A DNA stretch of 54,470 nucleotides from an uncultured Chitinophaga sp. (GTDB lineage Bacteria; Planctomycetota; Planctomycetia; Pirellulales; UBA1268), in NCBI GenBank assembly GCA_964567835.1, contig CAZMOU010000002.1:13804-68273 (forward strand). Direction: 5' to 3'. Position 1 is the first letter of the stretch. Each line of letters begins with the position of its first letter. Position numbers and translations under genes: made by a program. The notes under the pieces are model-generated. The model made no database searches and was not told the origin of the DNA. It saw nothing but the letters and a program-made list of their open reading frames with translations. Shown piece after piece: positions 41,940 to 51,207 of the stretch.

Positions 41940-44525
41940 TCACGGCCGCGGGGCGGCCTGACGCAGGACGATCGCGCGTCGCACCGCGGGAGGCTCCGGC
42001 GCGTCGGTGCCCATGACCGCGTGCCAGAGGATCTCGTTGAGCTCGAAATCGTCGATCCGGTCGTATTCGCTGAAGTCCATGGCCGCGGAGCGGGCGGCGC
42101 CGTACGCGCCCGGGCCGTTCCGCTCGTCGAGGTCGACGCGCGCCGGCTGGTGGACAAACGGCTCGGGATCGGGCGTCGTGCCGAAGGCCTCGAACATCGG
42201 TCGCGCCGCGGCGTCGTATTGCGAGAGCGGCTCGAGCCCGAGAATCAGTTCCATCGTGCGGATCAGGCTCACCGTCGAGTACTGGGTGCTGTCGATCGCG
42301 CCGCGCTTGGCCCAGGGACTGGCCACAAGGCACACCGTGCGATGGGCGTCGACGTGGTCGGGGCCGTTCTGGGCGTCGTCCTCGATGACGAAGATCGCCG
42401 TCTTCTCCCACAGCGGCCCGTGGCTCACCGCGTCGACGAGTCGCCCCAGCGCCAGGTCGTTGCTGGCCACGCAGGCCCGCGGCGTCGGCGCCCCGGGTGT
42501 CGTGCCGTGGGTGTGGTCCTCGCCGAGGCTCATGACGATGAACCGCGGCATCGTTCCCTTGGCGACGAACTCTCGGTACTCCCTCAGGAACACCTCCACC
42601 AGATCCGTGTCACGTTCCTCCCCCTCCTCTCCCGTGCCGTAGTCGGGGCACATGTGCCCGACGAGGCCGGGGACGCGCCCCTCGATGCGGACGTTGCCTG
42701 CCGCGTCGGAGACACGTCCGCCGAACTCCTTGTAGGAGCGGTAGCTCACGCCGGCCCGACGGCAGGCGTCCCAGAGATACCCCGAGGGGGCGTTGGAAAG
42801 GTCCCCCTTGTCGTCGTCCTCGACGCCGACGCGCTGCGAGTAGGTGAGATGCCAGTCGCGGGCGACGTAGTCGGTCGCGTAGGCCATCGTGCTCCAGGGA
42901 TGGCCGTCGCGGCTCACCTGGCCGTTGCAATAGGCGTTGTCGAAGAGGACGAAGCGCTCGGCGAGCGCGTGATGGTTCGGGGTCACAGCCCTGGGAAACA
43001 TGCACAGGGAGGGATCGCCGTTGCCCTTCGGGGCGTCCCCGGCCGCCATGTCGCCGAACACCTGGTCGTAGGTGCGGTTCTCCTTGATGACGTAGATCAC
43101 GTACTCGATCGGACAGGGGTCGCCGACGCGCCGGGGGATGATCGACTCCCCCTCGAAGGGCACCGCCTCGAGGAGGTCGTCGGAGTAGGGGCAGTTCCGG
43201 TAGACCGTGGCGGTGTATTCGGCGAGGCGCTCGTCGTCCGGCACTTCGACGATCGAGACGGCGCCGTGGACGATCGTGCCGATGTAGGGATGCGGCATCA
43301 GTTTCCGGACGTATTTCTCCAGGTCGGTCAGTTCGTCGTCGTCCTCGGTGCCGTCGTAGAGCGGGTTCGGTTCGGAGCGGTTCCCCTTGCCGATGCCGAC
43401 GAGAATCTTCCCGCCGTCGGAAGTGACGGCCACCGCGGTCGGGTACCAGCCGGTGGGGATGAACCCCTTCACCTGGCTCTCCCCCGGTTCCGCGACGTCG
43501 ATCACGGCCAGGCAGTTGTTGTCTGCGTTGGCGACGTAGAGCGTTTTGCCGTCCGGAGCCGCGGCGAGCGCGTCGGGCGTGCTCCCCTCGGGGGCCTTGG
43601 GGAAGAGGCTCGTGCGGATCGTCTCGGTGACGACCCCGCGGCGCGTGTCGATCACCCACACACCGTCGGAGGACGCGCAGGCGACGAAGAGCCGGTCGTC
43701 AGTCGGATGGAAAGCAATCTGATTGGGGTGCTCCCCTACCGGGATGCGGGCCACCACGCGCATCGCGGCGGGATCGACGACGAGGAGTCGTGCGCCCGCC
43801 CAATCGCTCACGTAGATGAGGCCGTTCCGCGGCGAGCGGCGGATGTCGTAGGGCCGGCCACCGGTATCGACGGCACCCGACTCGCTCCCGTCGTCGCGCG
43901 TGGCGACGACCCGGCCGCGGTTGATGTCGGCCGACCAGAGCAGCCCGGCGTCATCGTCGCGCTCCAGGCCGCTCTTGAAGCGGCGTTCGGCGGCGAGTTT
44001 CGCCGCGGCGGCCCCGAGTTCCTGTGGGCTCGAGCGGAGTGGATCGGCCTCGCGCTGGCTCTGGAGCGAGAAGCCGTCTTCTTCCAGACGGTAGGCATGG
44101 ATGCCGCCGGTTCCGCCGCCGCTCCACCACACGCGCGATTCGTCGGCTGCGATCGCCAGGCCGAACCAGCTCTGGTGGGCCGTTTCGGCCGCCAGTTCTG
44201 CACCCTTTTCCAGATCGATGAGCTGGATGCGGTGGGCGTTGAAGCCGTCGGTCGTCACCAGGGCTCGTCGACCGTCGGCGAGCGGGCGGATGTTGAGGAC
44301 GAGATCGCCGGTCTCCACGTGGCGACCGGCCGGGGAGAGGTGCCAGCCGTTGGGCAGGAGAAAGCCCTCGTCGGTCGGTCCCGGGAAGCGTGGGGACGCA
44401 TCGGTGGCCATCGGCTCCCCGGCTTTCGCCCCGGTCGCGGCCAGCGCCGCGCAAGCGATCGCCGTGACGAGCGTGCTTCGGACCCGGCCCATGCGGCCGG
44501 CACCGGCCGGCAAAAACGTGGCCAT
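41940..44525 (-). CDS. Secreted beta-propeller (YVTN/YncE-like) fused to a phosphoesterase-family (PLC/AcpA-type) domain
   Basis: The N-terminal half has propeller repeats (LIYVSDWAGARLLVVD, LFVACASSDGVWVID, LYVANADNNCLAVID). The C-terminal half has IEYVIYVIKENRTYDQVFGD...NHHALAERFVLFDN...VSRDGHPWS...SLGEDHTHG...VIEDDAQNGPDHVDAHRT. GGAGAG lies 7 nt before the ATG at 44525. Confidence 0.82.
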   Translation of the reverse strand: MATFLPAGAGRMGRVRSTLVTAIACAALAATGAKAGEPMATDASPRFPGPTDEGFLLPNGWHLSPAGRHVETGDLVLNIRPLADGRRALVTTDGFNAHRIQLIDLEKGAELAAETAHQSWFGLAIAADESRVWWSGGGTGGIHAYRLEEDGFSLQSQREADPLRSSPQELGAAAAKLAAERRFKSGLERDDDAGLLWSADINRGRVVATRDDGSESGAVDTGGRPYDIRRSPRNGLIYVSDWAGARLLVVDPAAMRVVARIPVGEHPNQIAFHPTDDRLFVACASSDGVWVIDTRRGVVTETIRTSLFPKAPEGSTPDALAAAPDGKTLYVANADNNCLAVIDVAEPGESQVKGFIPTGWYPTAVAVTSDGGKILVGIGKGNRSEPNPLYDGTEDDDELTDLEKYVRKLMPHPYIGTIVHGAVSIVEVPDDERLAEYTATVYRNCPYSDDLLEAVPFEGESIIPRRVGDPCPIEYVIYVIKENRTYDQVFGDMAAGDAPKGNGDPSLCMFPRAVTPNHHALAERFVLFDNAYCNGQVSRDGHPWSTMAYATDYVARDWHLTYSQRVGVEDDDKGDLSNAPSGYLWDACRRAGVSYRSYKEFGGRVSDAAGNVRIEGRVPGLVGHMCPDYGTGEEGEERDTDLVEVFLREYREFVAKGTMPRFIVMSLGEDHTHGTTPGAPTPRACVASNDLALGRLVDAVSHGPLWEKTAIFVIEDDAQNGPDHVDAHRTVCLVASPWAKRGAIDSTQYSTVSLIRTMELILGLEPLSQYDAAARPMFEAFGTTPDPEPFVHQPARVDLDERNGPGAYGAARSAAMDFSEYDRIDDFELNEILWHAVMGTDAPEPPAVRRAIVLRQAAPRP

Positions 44526-44793
44526 CTTCGGACTCTCCCCGTGTCGGTGGCGGCGTGACCGGACGGCACTCGCCGGTTCGGGAGTCTGCCGCGGGATCGT
44601 TGTCCCCCGGTGAGGGCCGGATGGAGATCCCGTGAGCGGCACGGAACCGGGCGTGCCGTGGGCATCGAGTCAGGCGACGATCCCGGCCGTCCGGACCGTT
44701 TCTTCACGGATCACTCACATCGGGCGGATAGTTTTCGCGAGAACCCTGCCACGGACGTGAGGGTCGATTCGCCCGACACCGGAGGGATCCGCA

Positions 44794-45471
44794 GTGCGTC
44801 GTCCTGTCATGCCCGATCGGCGGCTTGTCGCCCTGGTGGTTGTCGCCCTCGCCGCTTCCGTCGGCCGCTCTCAAGACCCGCCGGCAGCCTCGGAGGCGGG
44901 CCCGGACGCCGGGATCGCGGCGACCCGCAGTCTCATCGTCGGTCCGTCCGGGCCGCGGAAAGGGGAGAAGCCGGCCCTGTACTTCAACGTCCAAGGTCCG
45001 GCGTCGCGGGGCGACGGGCGATTCTCGTCTTTCGGCGTGCTCGACTTCCCGAGGGACGCGGTCATGGGAGCGGCCGGGGCCGGCGGGGCGGGTGTCCCGG
45101 GGCTCTCGCTGGTTCTCACGCAGAGCATTCCCCCGTTCGCCCGGAAAGGCCGGGTGACGGTCTGGTTGGCCGCCGACTCCGGGAGCGACGAGGGGCAACT
45201 GCGTTTCGCGGCGGGCGAGGACGGACCGCTCGGCGAAGCCGGGACATCGGCGTTCCGCTGCGGGACATGCGATTTCGCCGTCGGCGAGACCGGGCAGGAG
45301 GATCGGATTCCGCTCTCGATCCCGGAGGAGCGATGGCGGGCGATCACGGAAGGACCGGAGGAGGGGACGCTGCGACTGTTCATTCTCCCCGATGACCCGG
45401 GTGTGGCGGCGACCTGGTTCGGCACCGACCAACCACGAGGCGCACGGCATCCGCGTCTGGTCGTCGACTGA
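44794..45471 (+). CDS. Hypothetical secreted protein
   Basis: GGAGGG lies 8 nt before GTG 44794. Signal peptide MRRPVMPDRRLVALVVVALAASVG. Non-repetitive sequence; I recognise no family. Confidence 0.5.
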   Translation: MRRPVMPDRRLVALVVVALAASVGRSQDPPAASEAGPDAGIAATRSLIVGPSGPRKGEKPALYFNVQGPASRGDGRFSSFGVLDFPRDAVMGAAGAGGAGVPGLSLVLTQSIPPFARKGRVTVWLAADSGSDEGQLRFAAGEDGPLGEAGTSAFRCGTCDFAVGETGQEDRIPLSIPEERWRAITEGPEEGTLRLFILPDDPGVAATWFGTDQPRGARHPRLVVD

Positions 45472-45550
45472 GCCACCGCCGCGGACGTCGCGTCCCGCCC
45501 CCCGGCAGGCGTTTCCCTGCACCGCATCCATCCCCCGACGGAATCATCCG

Positions 45551-46827
45551 GTGACATCGAAGCTCTTCGTCCTCGACACCAACGTCATCCTCCACGATTG
45601 TCGCTGCATCAGGAAGTTCGAGGAACACGACGTCGCGATCCCGATCGCCGTGCTCGAGGAACTCGACCAGTTCAAACGGGGCAACGAGGACATCCATTTC
45701 CAGGCGAGGGAGTTTCTCCGCAGCATCGACGCGCTGACCGGCGATATTCTCGCCCCCTCGGGCTCGCCGCTCGGGCCGGGATTGGGGTCGATCCGCGTCG
45801 TCCTCGGCGTCGCGCGGAACGCCATCGTCCACGAGGCGTTCCTCCAGGACACGCCCGATCATCGGATCCTCGGCGTCACGCTCGCCATCCAGCGGGAGTC
45901 GCCGCACCGGCAGGTGGTGCTCGTCTCGAAGGATACGAACCTCCGCATGAAGGCCAAGTCGCTGGGAATCCGCGCCCAGGACTACACCTCCGACAAGGTC
46001 AGGGGATTCGATTCGCTCTACACCGGCAAGCGTGTCGTCGAGGGGATCGCCAGCGATTCGATCGACCTGCTCTACGCCTCGCCGGCCGGACTGCCCGCGG
46101 CCGACCTTCCGGCCGTGACCGATCCGCTGGCCAACGAAAACTTCGTTCTCCGCAACGGGACGAAATCGGCGATCGCCACCTATCGCCGCGACTCGGACGT
46201 GTTCGTGCGGGTGGAGAAGCAGACCTGTTACGGCATCTCTCCCCGCAACGCTGAACAATCTTTCGCGCTGCGCGCATTGATGGACGAGAGCGTGAAGTTG
46301 GTGACGATCTCCGGGACGGCCGGCAGAAATACCGGCAGATCATGCTCGCCCGGCCCGTCGTGCCCCTTTCCAACCGCGACCTCGGCTTCCTCCCGGGCGA
46401 CATCTCCGACAAGCTCGATCCGTACATGCAGCCGCTGTACGACAACCTGACCGTCATCCGCCACCAGTGCGGCGAGGAGACCCAGGCCGCCCAGCGGATC
46501 AACGACATGCGCGAGTCGGAGAAGCTCGTCATCACGCCGCTGGCCTACATCCGCGGCCGCAGCCTGCAGCGGATGTTCTTCATCGTGGACGAGGCCCAGA
46601 ACCTTACGCCTCACGAGGTGAAGACGATCATCACGCGGGCCGGCGAGGGGACGAAGATCGTGTTCACCGGCGACGTGGCCCAGATCGACCAGCCCTATCT
46701 CGACGCCCTCTCCAACGGCCTGAGCTATCTGATCGCACGGATGGCCGGCCAGCCGATCTACGCGCACGTCTCCCTGGAGAAGGGCGAGAGGTCGGAGCTT
46801 GCCAACATCGCCAGCGCTCTCCTTTGA
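45551..46827 (+). pseudogene. PhoH2 (N-terminal PIN domain + PhoH-like ATPase) disrupted by a frame-shifting deletion that removes the Walker A P-loop
   Basis: Frame A reads VTSKLFVLDTNVILHD...VLVSKDTNLRMKA...[28 protein letters not shown], then nonsense (RNTGRSCSP...) to a stop at 46450. Frame B resumes at about 46321 with [26 protein letters not shown]...YIRGRSL...[37 protein letters not shown]...EKGERSELA. The expected TGKT(L/A)LAL... segment between GTAG and KYRQ is absent. CCGGCAGA occurs at 46319-46326 and 46332-46339, around the junction. Confidence 0.62.
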
Positions 46828-46974
46828 ACGGCACAGGAGCGGGGAAAAAGGCTCACGCGAAACTCGACGAACGCTGACTGGGCCCTCAACTCCGGGATGT
46901 ATCCCTGGGAAGTACATGTCGGACATCCATCGTGTCATCTGTCGCGTCCGCCGTCCTTCCCAGGAATCCACACC

Positions 46975-48018
46975 ATGAAGTCGCCGGCCCGTCAGGGTTT
47001 CACCCTCGTGGAATTGCTCGTCGTCATCGCCATCATCGGCACGCTCGTCGGCCTGCTCCTGCCCGCCGTCCAGGCCGCCCGTGAGGCCGCCCGTCGCTCC
47101 CAGTGTGGCAACAACATGAGGCAGCTCGGTTTGGCCTCGCTCAATTACGAGAGCGCCAAGAAGAGGCTCCCGGCGAGCCTGATCATCAAAATCGGCCTTC
47201 CACCGGGGGGTGCGGGCCAGCCGGGCTCCCCCTACCCGGCGATCGTCCATTCCTGGGTTCCCCAGCTGCTCCCCTTCATGGAACAGGTCAATCTGGCCAA
47301 CGCCTACAACGTGACGTTCCCCTGGATGTCGTCGCCGCTGCTCGTCCCGGGTACGCCCGACAATCAAGCGGTTCTGCAGACCTCCATCGGGACGCTCGTC
47401 TGTCCCTCGTCGCCGACCTCCGATCGCACCGTGACCGGGACGTTCACGTTCGGGGCGTCCTTCCCCTACCAGAAGCTCGCCATCACCGACTACGCGACGA
47501 ACAGCTCGATCAATCCGGGTTCGATCACGTTCTTCGGGTACTCCGCGAGCGTGACCCAGAACACGCTCTTCAGTGCCATGTCGCCGCAGATCGACGGTTC
47601 CGGCTCGTTGCCGCTGCTCGGATTCGCCAACCGCAACGCCAACCGGATGGCGGACGTCATCGACGGCACCACCAAGACCCTCCTCCTCTGCGAGAGCGCG
47701 GGTCGCCCCGACTTCTTCATCGGGAACAAGAAGCAGGCCCGGCAGCTCAGCGACGGCGGCTGGGGACATCACGAGAACGACTACGGTCTCGACGGCGCGG
47801 TCTCGAAGACCGACAACTCCTCCCCCGGCAACTGCGTGATCAACTGCCACAACGACAACGAGACGTACGCCTTCCATCCCACCGGCGCGTCGCACGTGAT
47901 GGTCGACGGGAGCGTGAAGTTCGTCTCCGAGGAGATCACGCCGACGGTCTACGCAGCGCTGATCACGGCGGCGGGCAGCGGACTGACCTCCTCCGAAGAT
48001 ATCGCCTCCGTGGAGTGA
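46975..48018 (+). CDS. DUF1559 family protein with prepilin-type N-terminal helix
   Basis: [54 protein letters not shown]...[14 protein letters not shown]...[18 protein letters not shown]. Confidence 0.9.
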   Translation: MKSPARQGFTLVELLVVIAIIGTLVGLLLPAVQAAREAARRSQCGNNMRQLGLASLNYESAKKRLPASLIIKIGLPPGGAGQPGSPYPAIVHSWVPQLLPFMEQVNLANAYNVTFPWMSSPLLVPGTPDNQAVLQTSIGTLVCPSSPTSDRTVTGTFTFGASFPYQKLAITDYATNSSINPGSITFFGYSASVTQNTLFSAMSPQIDGSGSLPLLGFANRNANRMADVIDGTTKTLLLCESAGRPDFFIGNKKQARQLSDGGWGHHENDYGLDGAVSKTDNSSPGNCVINCHNDNETYAFHPTGASHVMVDGSVKFVSEEITPTVYAALITAAGSGLTSSEDIASVE

Positions 48019-48026
48019 TCGACGAG

Positions 48027-48479
48027 ATGCGTCCGAACAGAACCGACTTCTTTGCCGCGGTCGCGGCCCTCGCTGCAGTCGTCGTGGGCTGTCAGCGAGG
48101 GCCCGTCCGCCCGGCGACGGCTCCCGTGGCAGGGCGGGTGGTGACCAAGGACGGATCGCCGTGCGACGGGGCACTCGTCGTCTTCCATCCCTCAACGCCC
48201 GGCCGGGGCACCGACGCCAAGCCGGTGGGAAAGACCGCCGACGACGGCTCCTTCAGTCTCACCACCTACAAGGCCGGCGACGGTGCCGTTCCCGGCTCCT
48301 ACGGCGTGACCGTCGTCTGGCCGGGCAATTCGAAGGAGGCGAAGATGTCGCTTTCCGGCGAGGGAGGGAGCGGGTCGGTCGACCGACTCGCCGGACGGTA
48401 CGGCGATCCGGCGTCCCCCAAAATCACGGCCGACGTTCCGAACGAGGGGCTGTCGGACCTGATCGTCGAGGTGGAGTGA
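48027..48479 (+). CDS. Small lipoprotein (carboxypeptidase-regulatory-like), partner of DUF1559
   Basis: MRPNRTDFFAAVAALAAVVVGCQ carries a lipobox. Then VAGRVVTKDGSPCDGALVVFHP...ADDGSFSLTTYKAGDGAVPGSYGVTVV. It starts 8 bp after the DUF1559 stop. Confidence 0.72.
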   Translation: MRPNRTDFFAAVAALAAVVVGCQRGPVRPATAPVAGRVVTKDGSPCDGALVVFHPSTPGRGTDAKPVGKTADDGSFSLTTYKAGDGAVPGSYGVTVVWPGNSKEAKMSLSGEGGSGSVDRLAGRYGDPASPKITADVPNEGLSDLIVEVE

Positions 48480-48744
48480 CGCGGCCGGTGGCCGAGGTGG
48501 CGGCCGACCTGTCCACGAAGCGGTTCAGTAGTTGATCTAGAAATGGAAGCGGAGCAGATCGCCCATGAACTGGGCGTACTGCCCGTTGACGATCGGTGCC
48601 TTGCCCGAGGTGTTCGTGCGGTTGACCAATTCCGGGCGAAAACGCCGGTTGTGAAAATGGCGTGAGCGACGTTTGAGGGGCGTGTGAAGGGGCGATAATG
48701 GAGGGTCATCTCCTCGCCTTCGTTCCGGCCCTCGACGCTCCACC

Positions 48745-49112
48745 ATGCCCCGCCGCGCCTTCACGCTCGTCGAACTTCTCGTCGTCATCGCCATCGTCGG
48801 GACGCTCGTCGGACTTCTCCTGCCCGCCGTGCAGGCGGCACGCGAGGCCGCCAACCGCTCCTCGTGCCAGAACAACCTCAAGCACTCGGGATCGCGCTGC
48901 AGGGGTTCCACGACGCCCGCAGCAAGCACCCCGCCGGATACGTCTCGGCGTTTGGCGGCGCGATCAACAACTTCACCTCGCGCCACGGCCGGGGGGGCAA
49001 CTATTTCTTCGCCGACGCCCACGTGGGCATGCTCGGCGAGGAGACCGACTACGCCACCTTCAAGGCCCTCTCGACCCGGTCGAAGGGCGAGGTCGTCCAG
49101 GGAGACCGCTGA
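48745..49112 (+). pseudogene. Truncated (about 122 codons) and frameshifted DUF1559 remnant
   Basis: Frame 1 reads [46 protein letters not shown], then nonsense. The family-typical continuation (Q)[19 protein letters not shown]...[19 protein letters not shown]...[17 protein letters not shown] lies in the adjacent frame. AAG CA- CTC GGG at 48880-48890 looks like loss of 1 nt. The central ~200 aa of normal family members are absent. Confidence 0.6.
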
Positions 49113-49402
49113 TGTCCCGCCGCACGCTCACGCTTCTGGCCGTCCCGCTGGCCCTCCTCCTGCCGGTCGTCGTGGCGGTGTGGCGTGCCGGGGCCTCGAA
49201 GCCGCTGCCTCCGCAGACGATGGCCCTCGCCGACGTGCCGCCGGCGTTCATGGAGACCGCCCGCAGGGAGCTGCCGGAAGTCGACTTCGACGAGGTCTGG
49301 ATGAAGCAGGACGGGACCCTCGAGATCCGGGGGAAGGCGAAGAACGGCAAGATCCGCGAGGTAGCAATCCGCCCCGACGGCACGGTCGAGGAGATCGAGT
49401 GA
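49112..49402 (+). CDS. Small membrane-anchored protein with PepSY-like C-terminal pattern
   Basis: [24 protein letters not shown] is an anchor, followed by [56 protein letters not shown]. Its ATG overlaps the preceding stop (TGATG). Confidence 0.5.
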   Translation: MSRRTLTLLAVPLALLLPVVVAVWRAGASKPLPPQTMALADVPPAFMETARRELPEVDFDEVWMKQDGTLEIRGKAKNGKIREVAIRPDGTVEEIE

Positions 49403-49557
49403 GCCGATCCGGGCATCCCGTTTCCGGCCGAAGCCCCCCGCCTCCGCTCGCCGAGCATTGATTCCCCGCCGCCGGCCGCGACAATCAGCGGCGGTCACGG
49501 GGCGGTCGGTCCGGTCGGGCCGCGGACCCCGCGCCGAACCACAACGGGAGGCGAGGC

Positions 49558-50709
49558 ATGGCGGCAAGCGCGAGCAAGGGTGACGGACGCAAGGTCCGCG
49601 TGGCGGTGGTGGGGCTCGGGTTCGGGGCGGAGTTCATCCCCATCCACCAGCGTCATCCGCACGCCGAGATCGTGGCGATCTGCCAGCGCTCGAAGGAGAA
49701 GCTCGACCAGATCGGGCGGCAGTACGGCGTCGAGCGCCGCTACACCTCCTACGCCGACGTCCTCAAGGACAAGGACGTCGACTTCGTCCACATCAACTCG
49801 CCGATCCCCGACCACGCCCCCATGTCGATCGCGGCGCTCGAGGCGGGCAAGCACGTGATGTGCACCGTGCCGATGGCCACGAGCGTGGAGGACTGCCGGA
49901 GGATCGTCGAGCTCGTGGAGCGGACGAAGCTCAAGTACATGATGGCCGAGACGGTGGTCTACGCGCGGGAGTTCCTCTTCATCAAGGAGATGGCCGACCG
50001 CGGCGAGCTGGGGAAGATCCAGTTCCTCCAGGCCAGCCACCAGCAGGACATGGACGGGTGGCCCGACTACTGGCCGGGACTGCCCCCCATGCACTACGCC
50101 ACGCACTGCGTCGGGCCCTGCCTGGCGCTCGAGCGGAAGGATGCCCTCGAGGTGAGCTGCTTCGGCTCGGGGCGGATCCGCGAGGAGCTCGTCGGCCGCT
50201 ACGGCTCGCCGTTCGCCATCGAAAGCGCGCACGTGAAGCTCGCCCAGAGCGACGTCGTGGCCCGCATCATCCGTTCGCTCTTCGACACCGCCCGGCAGTA
50301 CCGGGAGAGCTTCGACGTCTACGGCTCGAAGAAGAGCTTCGAGTGGCAGCTCGTCGAGGGGGAGGAGCCGGTCATCCACACCGCCAAGGTGCCGGAGCCG
50401 GAGATCCCCACGCGTGTCCCGGTGCCCGACTACGCCAGCCGGCTCCCCGAGGCGATCCGCCGCTTCACCACCGGCGGCGTGTACGACGCCGACGAGCACC
50501 AGCACCTCTCCTTCACGCAGGGGGGCGGCCACGGCGGCAGCCATCCGCATCTCGTGCACGAGTTCGTCTCGGCGCTCGTCGAGGGACGCGACCCCTATCC
50601 CAACGCCCGCCAGAGCGCGAACTGGACCTGCACCGGTCTCCTCGCTCACGAGTCGGCGATGCAGGGGGGGGTGATCAAGAAGCTTCCCGAGTGGTCGCTC
50701 AGTTCCTGA
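49558..50709 (+). CDS. Gfo/Idh/MocA family NAD(P)-dependent oxidoreductase
   Basis: VRVAVVGLGFGAEFIPIHQRHPHAEIVAICQRS...YADVLKDKDVDFVHINSPIPDHAPMSIAALEAGKHVMCTVPMA is a Rossmann fold followed by the family EKP-like region. Confidence 0.88.
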   Translation: MAASASKGDGRKVRVAVVGLGFGAEFIPIHQRHPHAEIVAICQRSKEKLDQIGRQYGVERRYTSYADVLKDKDVDFVHINSPIPDHAPMSIAALEAGKHVMCTVPMATSVEDCRRIVELVERTKLKYMMAETVVYAREFLFIKEMADRGELGKIQFLQASHQQDMDGWPDYWPGLPPMHYATHCVGPCLALERKDALEVSCFGSGRIREELVGRYGSPFAIESAHVKLAQSDVVARIIRSLFDTARQYRESFDVYGSKKSFEWQLVEGEEPVIHTAKVPEPEIPTRVPVPDYASRLPEAIRRFTTGGVYDADEHQHLSFTQGGGHGGSHPHLVHEFVSALVEGRDPYPNARQSANWTCTGLLAHESAMQGGVIKKLPEWSLSS

Positions 50710-50730
50710 CCCTCCGCGACGCGGCGGCGT

Positions 50731-51207
50731 TCACGGCCCGTCCGGCGCCCGCGCCGGACGGGCCGCGTCGTCCCGGTCGGTGCCGGCGCGCCGCGGCCGA
50801 TCGCTGAAGCGGCGGGGCGGCACCCACCACCAGCCCGCCGCCACGGCGGCCCCGAAGAGGGTGTAGCCCACGACGAACACCCACGGCGGCAGCTGCCAGT
50901 AGAGGAGGCGCTCGATCCAGTGGGCGACGAAGGCGCCGGAATAGGTGGCGTCGCCGGCGGCCGCGCGGAGCGCGTCCTCGAGCGTGGTCAGCGGGCAGGT
51001 GAGGCCGGCCCACGCCTGGGCGACGACGATCCCGATGGCCGCGAGATGGAGCGTGCGGAACAGGGGATCGCGCACGCCGCGCCACCCCAGCACGCCGCCG
51101 AGGAGGATCGCCGCCAGCCCACAGACGACGAACGCCACGAAGGCCGCGTGGAGCACGAGGACGGCATCGGCGAGGGCCCGGGCGGTGACGGCGTCGAGCA
51201 CTGGCAT
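50731..51207 (-). CDS. DUF2784 family integral membrane protein
   Basis: MPVLDAVTARALADAVLVLHAAFVAFVVCGL...GLTCPLTTLEDALRAAAGDATYSGAFVAHWIERLLYWQLPPW fits the DUF2784 CPLT..E..LR pattern with about 4 TM segments. Confidence 0.65.
   Translation of the reverse strand: MPVLDAVTARALADAVLVLHAAFVAFVVCGLAAILLGGVLGWRGVRDPLFRTLHLAAIGIVVAQAWAGLTCPLTTLEDALRAAAGDATYSGAFVAHWIERLLYWQLPPWVFVVGYTLFGAAVAAGWWWVPPRRFSDRPRRAGTDRDDAARPARAPDGP

Noticed and set aside
41832-44558. 908-aa plus-strand ORF
   Set aside because: It is antisense to the propeller-phosphoesterase gene. It is V/G/A/R/D/H-rich with no motifs.
46228-48195. 655-aa minus-strand ORF
   Set aside because: It is antisense to the PhoH2 remnant and the DUF1559 gene at 46975, which both carry clear family signatures.
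48537-49022. 161-aa minus-strand ORF
   Set aside because: Most of it is antisense to the DUF1559 remnant. Only the last ~35 codons (48537-48640), which end in an OMP-like ...LLRFHF, look like a fossil gene end, and I mention that under the decay-zone finding.
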